Positions 1 through 10,252 of a DNA stretch of 64,000 nucleotides are shown in pieces. A model generated the notes under the pieces. It had not been told where the DNA came from, did not search any database, and saw nothing but the letters and a program-made list of their open reading frames with translations. Position 1 is the stretch's first letter; every line of letters starts with the position of its first letter. A program made the position numbers and the translations under genes. Source of the stretch: a virus (taxonomy: Duplodnaviria > Caudoviricetes); IMG/VR virus record IMGVR_UViG_3300042975_000096; one strand, 5' to 3'.

Positions 1-168
1 ATATATTGAATATCAAACAACTGATTACATTTTTTACTTATTGTTACTTTTATATCCAACATTAAATCAAATTGGTTTTTTTTAAAATCATAATATATAA
101 ATACATCATTTAATTGTGGCTTTATTTTTACCAAATCCATCTTGTTCACTCTCCTAAAAAAACGGGGA

Positions 169-1365
169 TTAATCCCCGTTTTTCATCGCAATAACTACAC
201 CATTTTTGGATTTTCCTGAAAGCTTCGCCATCGCAGTAAGTCTTTTATCTACTTTTTCCCTCAATTCCTTACTTCTCTTTAAAACATCGAAGTCATCCTC
301 GCTATATCCTCTATATTCTTTTGTAATCCTCACCATACCCAATTCTGTATTAATAAATACAGCCATATCATTTGCATCAGAACAGTTAACAAATACATAA
401 TCATCTTCCATTTTCATGGTTAAAAAATTAGACTCTTTACTCATGTATTCATGTAATGGCAGATTTTTGTGAATAATATCTTCTAGAATTCTAGAAGCAA
501 TCAATCTGTTTTCTGAAGTATTGTTCTTCAAAACAATTGTATAGCAATGCCTAGTATCATCATTATACCAAATATTATCATTATGCACCATATTATAATG
601 ATAATTCATTCCCAATACAGTATAGAGCTGAATTGTAACGTTTTTATGCTTATAAATAGGTGTAAATATGCGTTCAGATTCCTTTCCCAAAAATATTTTC
701 AAATCTTTCTTGTTTTCTTCTGTGAGTTTATTCATGTTTTTAAATAACAGAAGAATCTTTTTCTTAAGCTTGATTATTTCTTCGTTTTCACAATCTTTCA
801 GCATCTTAAAAACATTCGTTCTGTTAATCAAAAAACACTGTTCATTATCATAAATAATAAACTTAGCCGTAGGAATGCTTTCTGTCGTTCTTTCGCTTGT
901 TGAAATAACAGGAGATGTCAATACTACTGCAAATGCCTGATTACCATTCCTTACAATTACCTTATTATAAATAACGTCTTTTTCTGATTCTGAATCAACT
1001 ACATGTTTCGTTACGGAAAGACCATCCTTTCCCTTGCGTTTCATTTTTTTAATAACGTCTTCCCCATGATAATACGTTGGCATCGAATCCATATCGTAAT
1101 TTTCTCCATAAAAAGAAACTTTTTTTCCAAAAAAATTCTTTAAACAAAATACGGTACGAGAATATTTTGTACTAACTTTTCCTGTCATTAAATCAATTAC
1201 CATAATATTATAACATTCAATCTGATTGTCATTTTTGCTACCTTTAAAAATAACAATTATATCATAGGTATAATACGTATAAATTTTGTGATATATTGTG
1301 TTATCAAAACTATTTTCTCTAACCTCTTCTTGTACTTCTTGTAGGATTTTATTCAATGCTTTCAT
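169..1365 (-). CDS. hypothetical phage protein (398 aa)
   Basis: Long ORF with RBS (GAGGGG) and a TTGACA-17-TATAAT promoter at ~1390-1419; no recognisable motif. Confidence 0.85.
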   Translation of the reverse strand: MKALNKILQEVQEEVRENSFDNTIYHKIYTYYTYDIIVIFKGSKNDNQIECYNIMVIDLMTGKVSTKYSRTVFCLKNFFGKKVSFYGENYDMDSMPTYYHGEDVIKKMKRKGKDGLSVTKHVVDSESEKDVIYNKVIVRNGNQAFAVVLTSPVISTSERTTESIPTAKFIIYDNEQCFLINRTNVFKMLKDCENEEIIKLKKKILLLFKNMNKLTEENKKDLKIFLGKESERIFTPIYKHKNVTIQLYTVLGMNYHYNMVHNDNIWYNDDTRHCYTIVLKNNTSENRLIASRILEDIIHKNLPLHEYMSKESNFLTMKMEDDYVFVNCSDANDMAVFINTELGMVRITKEYRGYSEDDFDVLKRSKELREKVDKRLTAMAKLSGKSKNGVVIAMKNGD

Positions 1366-1415
1366 AACTCTGCCCCTCTCTTTTGATTTTATTATAACAC
1401 AATATATTCATAATG

Positions 1416-1634
1416 TCAACAACTTTTTAACTTCATTATCATAATATTCTTTTTCGCAATCTTTACAATCCTTTTCGAAAACATATATGGCGTTTCATTT
1501 TCTAATCTTTCCACAGGAAACTCATATATATTTTTACCCAAATATTTAAAATAAAAATTTTCATTTTGAGTATAAGAATTTGATACCTCTAATATATTAA
1601 CGCCAAACCTATCATATGTAATTAAAACTACCAT
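1416..1634 (-). CDS. hypothetical protein
   Basis: ORF coupled to the upstream gene, with its RBS in the upstream GGA codon. Confidence 0.7.
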   Translation of the reverse strand: MVVLITYDRFGVNILEVSNSYTQNENFYFKYLGKNIYEFPVERLENETPYMFSKRIVKIAKKNIMIMKLKSC

Positions 1635-1636
1635 TT

Positions 1637-2035
1637 TTATATTCCTTTCATTAAAAATATTTTATTTAATAAATACCACTTATATTTTGTTTCCATATAT
1701 TGAACCAAATATTGTCTCAATTCATTATTTATATTTATTTTCGTTCCACGTAACATTGAATTTATATTTATAATAAATTCCTCATAAGTCATTTCATCGC
1801 TATTGAACCTATAATAGGATAAACCTTTTTTCTTTTTATTTGTAAGATTTGAAAAAGAAAAACGTATGAGAGTTGATTCAGAACCATATTCATTTAAATA
1901 CCCAAAAACATATGAAGCAATACAAACGCTATATAATGATTGTTTTGTTTGTATCTTTAATGTCAATTCATGTAATGCCCTATCATCATAGCTTACAGAA
2001 TAGCTATATAGTTCTTCACAAACACCATACTTCAT
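1637..2035 (-). CDS. FxxxG[ILV]-tail family protein; paralog of 2919..3317
   Basis: Ends KIFLMKGI; MKYGVCEE vs MKYGICDE and ELRQYLVQY vs ELREHLTQY. Confidence 0.85.
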   Translation of the reverse strand: MKYGVCEELYSYSVSYDDRALHELTLKIQTKQSLYSVCIASYVFGYLNEYGSESTLIRFSFSNLTNKKKKGLSYYRFNSDEMTYEEFIININSMLRGTKININNELRQYLVQYMETKYKWYLLNKIFLMKGI

Positions 2036-2038
2036 TTC

Positions 2039-2479
2039 TTATATCCCTACTTTTTTAAATAACGACCCTTTTATTTTATCCTTCGTAAAATACATATCCA
2101 TTATTTGTTCTACTTCTTTTCTAATTTCATTTTTGGTTTCATCATTAATAATGATATCATCTATATATTTATGAATGTTCTTTCTGAATTCTAAATCTTC
2201 AAATTCATTATTTTCTTCGTCATTAAATGCATAACTTCTTTTGTGCTCATAATAATAATTCGTCTTATTCTCTTTAGAAAAAGATTCATGGTTTGAATTA
2301 GTGTAAAACTGATAATAATTTATCTCTACACAATAATCTTTACTTAAATCTAAAGTGGAATCTTCAAAATAATATGCCAAATATAATTCCATAGTTATTT
2401 CAATTAATCCATTAAAATCGAAATAAAATGTTAAATGTCTATCATCATCTTCGGATTTCTTTGATAAATACATGCTCAT
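2039..2479 (-). CDS. FxxxG[ILV]-tail family protein
   Basis: Ends SLFKKVGI; own promoter at 2501-2529. Confidence 0.85.
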   Translation of the reverse strand: MSMYLSKKSEDDDRHLTFYFDFNGLIEITMELYLAYYFEDSTLDLSKDYCVEINYYQFYTNSNHESFSKENKTNYYYEHKRSYAFNDEENNEFEDLEFRKNIHKYIDDIIINDETKNEIRKEVEQIMDMYFTKDKIKGSLFKKVGI

Positions 2480-2536
2480 ATTTTTCTCCCCTTTTATTTA
2501 ATTATATCATAACTTTTCATTTTTGTCAATAAAAAT

Positions 2537-2568
2537 AAAAAAGCTAACCATAATTGTGGTTAGCTTTT
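2537..2568 (-). terminator. intrinsic terminator
   Basis: Hairpin AAGCTAACCA/TGGTTAGCTT followed by a T-rich tract on the minus strand. Confidence 0.75.
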
Positions 2569-2913
2569 AAACACCATCTGCCAAAAACAATATATGATTT
2601 ATTTTATTCTGATTCAATAATATCTGTTTCGCCAAATGTTTATCTCTCGAATCAAATAAATCTATTACCGTTTCTATAATATCACTCATAATATCATCTC
2701 TTACTGTTGATATCCATTCTGTCGTAAATGGGGCTTTGAATTCATTTTTATAATCAATATACCACATTAATCTTAATCGCCCTCGCAAATCAGATTTCTG
2801 TACATTATAAATGATATGTAATTCAATTCTTCTTTATAATTATTATTTTTCGGATTAGAATAAATAATGTTTACAATGTGTTCCTTGAAATCTTTTTTTG
2901 AATAGTAATACAT
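2567..2913 (-). pseudogene. frameshifted FxxxG[ILV]-tail family gene
   Basis: ATG at 2913 (MYYYSKKDFKEH...) stops after 46 codons; the C-terminal part 2567..2788 is in another frame and ends ILFLADGV. Confidence 0.6.
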
Positions 2914-2918
2914 TTTTA

Positions 2919-3317
2919 TTAAACCCCACTTTGTAAAAATATTTTATGATACATTAATCCCTTATATTTTTCTTTTACATATTGTGTTAAATGTTCTCGT
3001 AATTCACTTTCAATATCTATTTTTTCTCTGCTTAATATTTTTTCTAAATTCAAATCTAATTCTTTATCAATGAGCCTTTCTTGAAAAAAACTATAGTATA
3101 CAGATGTTATAACTCTTTTTGTTTTATCATCTTGAAAATAAAAACGTAAAAATACTAGTTTTTCACAAGTATTAATATACGAATTAATATTTAATTCAAT
3201 AATAACGTTATATGACATTTTTTTCGTTTTAATTAGTAATGTCGATTTATTATATATATTACTATCTTTATATTTGCAATCCTCTTGCTTTTCATCACAT
3301 ATTCCATATTTCATCAT
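2919..3317 (-). CDS. FxxxG[ILV]-tail family protein
   Basis: Ends KIFLQSGV. Confidence 0.85.
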   Translation of the reverse strand: MMKYGICDEKQEDCKYKDSNIYNKSTLLIKTKKMSYNVIIELNINSYINTCEKLVFLRFYFQDDKTKRVITSVYYSFFQERLIDKELDLNLEKILSREKIDIESELREHLTQYVKEKYKGLMYHKIFLQSGV

Positions 3318-3324
3318 ATTTCCT

Positions 3325-3705
3325 CTAAATTCCTACTTGTTGAATAATATATTTACGAGCTTGATTAATATAATTTTTTCCATAAATGTAATTGATGGTG
3401 GCATTAAAACATTTATCATATGTTTTATCCCATGCATGAATCATATTTTCCCATTTTTTCTTCTGCCTTAATTTAATTACAATGCTTTTTGTATCAAACC
3501 CTAGTTCCGTTTCTATAAACGTTTCTACCAAAGAATCCTTTTCACCATCATTCATTATAATGGTTAATGTGATTAATGCTAATCCTGGCTTAATTGAAAT
3601 TAATGTTACTTTCATTTTATTATCATTTTTTAATGGTACATATATTTCCATTTTCTCCATATCTTCGTTAATGCGTTCTTCCAAATCTTGCCTCACTGTT
3701 TTCAT
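3325..3705 (-). CDS. G[ILV]-tail family protein
   Basis: Ends YIIQQVGI. Confidence 0.8.
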   Translation of the reverse strand: MKTVRQDLEERINEDMEKMEIYVPLKNDNKMKVTLISIKPGLALITLTIIMNDGEKDSLVETFIETELGFDTKSIVIKLRQKKKWENMIHAWDKTYDKCFNATINYIYGKNYINQARKYIIQQVGI

Positions 3706-3951
3706 CTCTTTTCTTTTCGCATTAATATACTTTGGAACAATCCTTATTTTTTTCTTCCATCAGTAAGAAAATATAGTTTTTGGATTATTTCTCATACTTT
3801 AATGTGTATGTCCTAGTAACAGTAGCGGTTTTTTCCTACTGCTTATCTTCTACTTACACAATATATTGCAACTATCAATCTTACTCTTAGTAGTATATCA
3901 AAAAAATCTTTCTCTCTAACAACAAGAAAATATATTTCGTTTTCTTCTCTA

Positions 3952-4383
3952 TTAAATACCTATTTCTTTTTTGACTTCTTCCTCTATCATTCTTGTTAAA
4001 TAATCTAGGTTTTTGGTGATTGCTTTATCTTCAAATTGATTATATAATTTTTCCTTATCTTGCTCATTCATTTTATTTAGTATTTTGTGTATTTCATCTT
4101 CCCTATATTTAATGGTGGATGGCAATTGCTCCCAATTATTAAAATCTTCTCTCGCACGTCTTAATAATCTTTGGATATTATTGTTATATACAATATCCCC
4201 ATAAGCCCACATATCGTTATTTTTATAACTAAAATACATACATATGGATTTCGTTTTTAGGTCATATATGCTTAAAGTTAAATATATACAAAATGTCATT
4301 GTCTTATTTATTTCAATGGATATTTTTTTTGTGCATTCTTCTTTTGTTAATATTTTGTTTACATCCCAAAAGTTATTTCCCAT
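3952..4383 (-). CDS. G[ILV]-tail family protein
   Basis: Ends EVKKEIGI; RBS present. Confidence 0.8.
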   Translation of the reverse strand: MGNNFWDVNKILTKEECTKKISIEINKTMTFCIYLTLSIYDLKTKSICMYFSYKNNDMWAYGDIVYNNNIQRLLRRAREDFNNWEQLPSTIKYREDEIHKILNKMNEQDKEKLYNQFEDKAITKNLDYLTRMIEEEVKKEIGI

Positions 4384-4751
4384 TTCCTTCGCTCCCCTTT
4401 CATCATATCAGAATATTCTTCTTCCGTCGTTCTAGAACATAATTCTATGAATCGCTCTCTTTCTGCTTTCCTTAATATCGTTATATCATTTATCGCAGTT
4501 CGTATATCTTCAAATGATTCATAATTAAAAAACTTGCTTAAAAAATTATTATGCGCAGTAAATATTAATAAACGTACTTTTGGAGAAAATCCAAAAGTAG
4601 TATATATGTTCATATATATGTATTTCGTTCCTTCTGAAATAATTAACGTTGATTGTATCGTAAACTCTCCATCTTCTATATAGTCACTTACTGTTTTTAA
4701 ATGCCTATAATAATAAATTTCTTTTTTTATATGTACCCATTTCGTTTCCAT
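4359..4751 (-). CDS. hypothetical protein
   Basis: ORF with RBS AAGGGG; overlaps the next gene by 25 nt. Confidence 0.75.
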   Translation of the reverse strand: METKWVHIKKEIYYYRHLKTVSDYIEDGEFTIQSTLIISEGTKYIYMNIYTTFGFSPKVRLLIFTAHNNFLSKFFNYESFEDIRTAINDITILRKAERERFIELCSRTTEEEYSDMMKGERRKWEITFGM

Positions 4752-4781
4752 TTTTCTTGCCCCTTATTTGGAGATGAAGAA

Positions 4782-5255
4782 CTAATTGCCATGAAGTAAA
4801 AAAATTTCATGCATTAATGCTTTTACTGTGTTTTCATAATCTAAGTTCATTAATAGCTTTTTCGTTTCTCTTATCATATTATAAAAATGCTCTTGCTTTA
4901 CAATTCCTTTTTCTATTAGACCTTTATGTAATCTTTTCCTGGTTAAAATTAAACTCGTTATATCCCCTATCAGTTGAATCGGTAATAATTCTTCCTTTAC
5001 TTGATATTCTATTTTACTTTCTTCTATACTGTAATTAAATGTGCTCATCATTTCATGTATTTTTTTATCACCTATAATTACTCGTATCATTAATCCTTTA
5101 TATTCATAATAACGAATATAAATTTTTATTTCCCATTCTTCATATTGATATGATTTGCATGATTCTATTATGCTCCATCCTAATGGCTTTGAAGGTGTAA
5201 ATAATGTCGGCATAAGGTTCATATCCTCCGTTCTAGGGGTTATTTTATATCCCAT
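4782..5255 (-). CDS. FxxxG-tail family protein (variant)
   Basis: Ends EIFLLHGN. Confidence 0.8.
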   Translation of the reverse strand: MGYKITPRTEDMNLMPTLFTPSKPLGWSIIESCKSYQYEEWEIKIYIRYYEYKGLMIRVIIGDKKIHEMMSTFNYSIEESKIEYQVKEELLPIQLIGDITSLILTRKRLHKGLIEKGIVKQEHFYNMIRETKKLLMNLDYENTVKALMHEIFLLHGN

Positions 5256-5655
5256 ACTTTTTTATATAGGATTTTTTAACTGATTCATGTATGGATTTTA
5301 ATCTTCGTATTTCATTCTTTTTTTCTGTGGTTAATAAATCATTTAATTTCATCGTTCCTATAGTTTGCCCATTGGTCACTTCTAAATTCCATAACTCATT
5401 GAAATTAAATGGTTTTCCTTCTTTATCTAATGATGACAAAATTATCTTCTCTATTAGACTACTATCATATCTTTCATTCTTATATATAATTATAGAAGTG
5501 GATAATATACCTTCTTTCGGTGTTACTATACTTTCTATTAATATAGTATAATTCTCTCTTGCTTTCCATCCATCTATAATATAAAATCGTTCCCCATTCC
5601 ATACTTCTGTCCAATTGTTTTTGTTTACATTATATGTCGATATTCCAAATGCCAT
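5245..5655 (-). CDS. G[ILV]-tail family protein
   Basis: Ends SYIKKYGI. Confidence 0.8.
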   Translation of the reverse strand: MAFGISTYNVNKNNWTEVWNGERFYIIDGWKARENYTILIESIVTPKEGILSTSIIIYKNERYDSSLIEKIILSSLDKEGKPFNFNELWNLEVTNGQTIGTMKLNDLLTTEKKNEIRRLKSIHESVKKSYIKKYGI

Positions 5656-5919
5656 TCGTTACACCCCATATCGTTATATATATGCTATATAGATAATCCT
5701 ATATAATGTTCTTTTTTTGACCGGATTTTACTATATTTATTATAACATTTATAATGATTTTTGTCAACTAATTTTTAAAAATAATTGTTGACTTACTTAG
5801 ACCTTCATAGAGCGATTTTGTTTTATAGGGTATATAGTTGTATGGATTGTGTGCTTAAATGCTCTCTATGCTAATTCCTCGAAGTATTATCGCTATAGTA
5901 CGATTAATAAAAAAGAGAA

Positions 5920-6390
5920 CTGATTCAAAAAGTTCTCTTTTCTTTGTATATTTATTTTTCTTCCCCATGTCGCAAAAATAAATGAATTAGTATATATATA
6001 TACTAATTCTAAAATAGTGGATGATTGTTATAAAGTATATTTAGTGACTGAAAAATGGTTCTTATATATAAGTGAAATTATAAAGTACATGGATTCAAAA
6101 AGTGGAAGTACATAAGTAGCTGATTATATAAATAGAGAAGTATATAGACATAAAATAAAAAAGTGGAGGCAGATGGTAATATATTAAACTATATAGATTG
6201 ATTAATTTGTTTTGCATTATTTATAAAAGTATATAGAGTAAAAAATTCTATATAGAAGTGGATGATAAAAAAGTGGAGGTATATAAGCAAATAGATATAG
6301 GTTTATTAACCATGGATTCAAAAAAGTGTATAAGTGGAGAAGTATGAAGTGGATATGTATAAAGTAGAAGTGTATAAAAAAGTGGAGGAT
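5920..6390. repeat. non-coding region with ~8-10 dispersed (AAA)AGTGGA / GATTCAAAAAGT motifs
   Basis: e.g. tggattcaaaaagtggaag ~6090, aaaaaagtggagg ~6157/6267/6376, aagtggatgat ~6257; no ORF of 60 aa or more between 5655 and 6419. Confidence 0.65.
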
Positions 6391-6418
6391 AATTGTAATA
6401 TATCAAGTATAGGTAAAT

Positions 6419-7069
6419 TCATTTTTCATATATAGATATTACCTTATCATAATTAATTTCCCAAAAAACGGCTTGTATATTCTTTTCTTTATATCGGCAA
6501 TAAGGATTGTTATCATTCAAATCAAAAACCTTATCCCATGAATTTACTATTTCTTGTTGAAACATTTTAGCCATTCCTTTTTCCTGTGGCGTTAAAGTTT
6601 CTATATATTGTGGATTAAATATATCCAGCTCTTTTAATCCACATTTTTTTATTGCATCGCTAAAGTCATCATCTTCTTTTTGCGAATCAGAAATATATGC
6701 GCCATTTAATACAATTGTCCATATATCTGCATCAGACAATAAAACCTCATTGTCATTTTTGATTAATTCCAATAAAACATTATTTTTTCCTATTGAGTAA
6801 TTTGGTATTGTATCTATCCATCCTTGACCTTTTTGTTTGCTATTAACACCATCTATTGCATACCATGCCCAGCGAGGATATTTAATGGAAAATTTTGGTT
6901 TTGTTTTTTCTTCTAATTTTGATGCCATAAAATCATATGCCATTTCAAATTTATAATATTCATTTGCCATACAGTTTTTATTTTTATCATCGCATACGAG
7001 CCTAGATTCTCGCTCTAACGTGTTTAATTCATCTTTAGTAATAACTGTCCATAGGTTCAAATAAATCAC
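6419..7069 (-). CDS. DUF3841 domain protein
   Basis: Motifs AYDFM..KL, YPRWAWY, VLLSD..W..VLNG, IQAVFWEI typical of DUF3841. Confidence 0.8.
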   Translation of the reverse strand: MIYLNLWTVITKDELNTLERESRLVCDDKNKNCMANEYYKFEMAYDFMASKLEEKTKPKFSIKYPRWAWYAIDGVNSKQKGQGWIDTIPNYSIGKNNVLLELIKNDNEVLLSDADIWTIVLNGAYISDSQKEDDDFSDAIKKCGLKELDIFNPQYIETLTPQEKGMAKMFQQEIVNSWDKVFDLNDNNPYCRYKEKNIQAVFWEINYDKVISIYEK

Positions 7070-7102
7070 CTTACAATCAATATACGGCTAGATAAAGGCA
7101 TG

Positions 7103-7495
7103 TTATAATCCATAATTGATAAATGTTTCATGTTCTGAACATTTTGGAACAGATTCAAAAATATAATCAATTATATCATCGATTGTATTAAAAATTAAGT
7201 TATTGTATTTTTCTTCTAATACATTGCTTTTATCCGTTATTTTAGAATGAATTATTTTATAAAGCATATCTTTTTGTGCCAAAACAACCAATGGATTATA
7301 TATAAGATTGAGCATTACTCTGGTTTTATTTGGTAACATTATGGTTGTTTTAATTTTGATGCTATGACGTTCATTTAATGGTTCTTGAAAATGAATTTTA
7401 TCAATAATAACATCTATGCATTCCTTTTTATAATGAAATCCACAGCGTTTATAAACATCAATATTTGATTTTTCCTCTCTAATTATTTCATTCAT
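7103..7495 (-). CDS. FxxxG[ILV]-tail family protein
   Basis: Ends ETFINYGL. Confidence 0.8.
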   Translation of the reverse strand: MNEIIREEKSNIDVYKRCGFHYKKECIDVIIDKIHFQEPLNERHSIKIKTTIMLPNKTRVMLNLIYNPLVVLAQKDMLYKIIHSKITDKSNVLEEKYNNLIFNTIDDIIDYIFESVPKCSEHETFINYGL

Positions 7496-7893
7496 TATAA
7501 TCCAACCTTACGTAAATATTTTTGTTTAGCTTCTTCTATTAAAAATTCTTTATTCTTTTTCCATGTCGGAAATGCAAAATTGTAAATAAGATTATTAAAT
7601 TCTTGTTTGCTACCGAAATTATTTTGATGGTTATAATACATGAAACTTTTATATAATTCTTTTTCCAATTCGTTTTCATCTTTATTTATTTTTTTATAAG
7701 AAGTATATGATTGTTCAATGTCATTAACTTTTAATACCATTTTCATTGTCATTATGTTATTGGATACTCTCATTTTAATTAAAAGTCCAGCAACAACAGG
7801 AATCTTTATGTTTTTTTGAAAAAACGCAGAATGTTTTATTTCTTTTCTAAAAAATTTTTTAACAACAACGGTATAACAATTCAATCCAATCAC
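7495..7893 (-). CDS. G[ILV]-tail family protein
   Basis: Ends KYLRKVGL; promoter at 7907-7934. Confidence 0.8.
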   Translation of the reverse strand: MIGLNCYTVVVKKFFRKEIKHSAFFQKNIKIPVVAGLLIKMRVSNNIMTMKMVLKVNDIEQSYTSYKKINKDENELEKELYKSFMYYNHQNNFGSKQEFNNLIYNFAFPTWKKNKEFLIEEAKQKYLRKVGL

Positions 7894-7960
7894 CCTTTCA
7901 TTTATATTATATCATAACTTTATGTTATTGTCAATAATATAAAAAAATGGATTGTATAAA

Positions 7961-8371
7961 TTACAATCCATTGGTTATAAATATTTTTCGTTTCCATTCA
8001 AAAAAAGAAATATTATTAAACAATTCATTCATAAAAAGTTTAATGTCATTCTCTATTTGATGTTCTTCTAGTATTATTGTGGGTTTTATTTGGTTAAAAT
8101 CATCAAATAGTTGTTGCTGAAGATTGCAAATGGCATTAAAGTCAATCATGTTTCTATTAGCATCTGTAGAATTATGATTATGAATACGGTTATACAATAA
8201 ATATCTACTCATACGTGATACCGTTTTGAAAACACTTATAGAAATATTAAATCTTTTGTCAAACAATTCAATTTTATATATAAACAATCTGTCTATATTG
8301 TTTATTGTTACGATACCAGTTAAGGTATATTCATTTTTGCTTTCAGATTTCATTATTTGTTTTATTTTCAT
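7961..8371 (-). CDS. FxxxG[ILV]-tail family protein
   Basis: Ends KIFITNGL. Confidence 0.85.
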   Translation of the reverse strand: MKIKQIMKSESKNEYTLTGIVTINNIDRLFIYKIELFDKRFNISISVFKTVSRMSRYLLYNRIHNHNSTDANRNMIDFNAICNLQQQLFDDFNQIKPTIILEEHQIENDIKLFMNELFNNISFFEWKRKIFITNGL

Positions 8372-8373
8372 TA

Positions 8374-8835
8374 TTAGATGCCTACATATTGTGAAATAAG
8401 TTTTTTTAATTTTTTTTCATCATAATATTTTGTCATCAATTCTAAAAAACAATTATAGACAACAAAACCAATAAATTTAGAACTCATACAAGTTTTTTCA
8501 TTACAGTTTTTTACATTGAAAGACTGTAATGAATAATCAATGAATTTCAATAGGCTTTTATAATCAAAATCACTCAAATAATTAAACTCGTATCCATGTC
8601 CTTTATATTGCACCCGGTTTTTATCTAATACATTTGGTGTTACTTCAAAATAACATTGATAATGTTCTAATTCAACAAAATAAATAATAGAATACCCAAT
8701 TGTGAATTGAACTTCATCATTTTGTTTTATCTTACCTGTATATTTCACTCCAATATGGGTTAATTCATTTGGGTCAAATCCCATATATTTTTTTATTTTT
8801 CTAGTTCTAACGTTGGAAATATAAGTTCCATCCAT
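8374..8835 (-). CDS. G[ILV]-tail family protein
   Basis: Ends LISQYVGI. Confidence 0.85.
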   Translation of the reverse strand: MDGTYISNVRTRKIKKYMGFDPNELTHIGVKYTGKIKQNDEVQFTIGYSIIYFVELEHYQCYFEVTPNVLDKNRVQYKGHGYEFNYLSDFDYKSLLKFIDYSLQSFNVKNCNEKTCMSSKFIGFVVYNCFLELMTKYYDEKKLKKLISQYVGI

Positions 8836-8844
8836 AATTACACC

Positions 8845-9306
8845 TCAAATTCCGTTCATTCTTCGCTCATATGTTCTAAACTTTTTAATATCCCAAAATT
8901 TAGTATACCATTCGGACATTATTCTTTTTAATTCTAACTTCAGTGATTCACTAGAAAAACTTTCAGAAATTAAAGATTGGCTAGTTAAATATATATCGTT
9001 ATCTTTACATAACTCGCAAACGATGTTCATTAGATTGTCTATATTAATATTATCGCCATAATTAAATTTAATTGAAATCCACGCAACTGGATTGTCATTA
9101 TCTTCTTCAAAAAAATTAAAGTCTATCAGGTTTTGTGAACGATTTGCATCTATCATTAATATTGTTGTTTCTAATTTCATTTTTTTTCGTTCAGCCATTA
9201 TATCATTCATATCAGCATAATATAAATAAAATGTATATTCTTCTTTGATTATATTCGGAAAATGTTTAGAATTAACGTTTTTGTTTCTTTTTAGCATAAA
9301 TATCAC
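8845..9306 (-). CDS. G[ILV]-tail family protein
   Basis: Ends YERRMNGI. Confidence 0.8.
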   Translation of the reverse strand: MIFMLKRNKNVNSKHFPNIIKEEYTFYLYYADMNDIMAERKKMKLETTILMIDANRSQNLIDFNFFEEDNDNPVAWISIKFNYGDNINIDNLMNIVCELCKDNDIYLTSQSLISESFSSESLKLELKRIMSEWYTKFWDIKKFRTYERRMNGI

Positions 9307-9401
9307 CTGTATTTGTTAAATATATTTATTCATTACTATGTATTATGCGCTTTTACTATTATATAGTATATCATATAATTATTCTTTTGTCAATAACATT
9401 A

Positions 9402-9436
9402 AAAAAAAGGCTATTGGAAAAACCAATAGCCTTTTC
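9402..9436 (-). terminator. intrinsic terminator
   Basis: AAAAGGCTATTGG-AAAAA-CCAATAGCCTTTT hairpin with a long T tract. Confidence 0.8.
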
Positions 9437-9437
9437 A

Positions 9438-10229
9438 TTAGAAATCAGAACTACAGTCACAATTACAATCGCAATTACAATCACAGTCACAATTGCAGTC
9501 ACAATCCGTATGACAATCACAGTCGCAGTTACAGTCGCAGTCGCAATCAGTATTGCAATCGCAGTCAACATTACAATCAGTGTTTATATCTTCCGTTCCC
9601 CAATCATTAGAAGCACCTGCTCCACCGCTAGACCCATCATCAAAACCCATTGACATGTCATTATTTTCTCGGTCAAATTCAGATATTTGTTGCTGATTTT
9701 CTTCTTCATTCATACGATTAATATCTTCTTGTTCTCGTTGGTGTCTTGCCATATCATCAAGCATGGTATCATCGTCACGATTATGGTTATTCAGCATTTC
9801 ATTTGCAACCGCACCTGCAATTGCTCCACCTGCAATTCCTGCCATCATGCTACCAGTTCCATATCCACTATGTGAACTACTATCATTATGATTCTGATTG
9901 CGATAACTCGAATGATTATTATTAGTATTAGATTTATTGTGTCCATTAAATGATAAAGTATTACGTCTTGCTTCATCATATTGAATCTGAGAATAGTATT
10001 TTTTGTGTTGTAATTCCTCTTGAATTTGTTTATCTCTAGCATAATAAAATGTATCTCTATTGATTGGTTTTTGCATATCTTCTGGACTAAAAAATGATGG
10101 ATATTCACCATATTTCAAATAAGAATCTAAAATTCCATTTTCAATCTTATCCAAATATGTAGATTCAGGTTCTTTCTGTCCAGTAGCATTATACCAAATA
10201 CGTTTTAACCAATTAAACATTAAAAACAC
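9438..10229 (-). CDS. protein with a Gly/Ala hydrophobic segment and a C-terminal (D/N)C-repeat Cys-rich tail
   Basis: MMAGIAGGAIAGAVANEML; GFDDGSSGGAGASNDW; DCNVDCDCNTDCDCDCNCDCDCHTDCDC... Confidence 0.8.
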   Translation of the reverse strand: MFLMFNWLKRIWYNATGQKEPESTYLDKIENGILDSYLKYGEYPSFFSPEDMQKPINRDTFYYARDKQIQEELQHKKYYSQIQYDEARRNTLSFNGHNKSNTNNNHSSYRNQNHNDSSSHSGYGTGSMMAGIAGGAIAGAVANEMLNNHNRDDDTMLDDMARHQREQEDINRMNEEENQQQISEFDRENNDMSMGFDDGSSGGAGASNDWGTEDINTDCNVDCDCNTDCDCDCNCDCDCHTDCDCNCDCDCNCDCNCDCSSDF

Positions 10230-10252
10230 TTCTTTCTTTTTTTTCTATTATA

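Noticed and set aside
9440-9580. CAGTCGCAAT-type short tandem repeats as a CRISPR or non-coding repeat
   Set aside because: Explained by the (D/N)C codon repeat of the 9438..10229 CDS.
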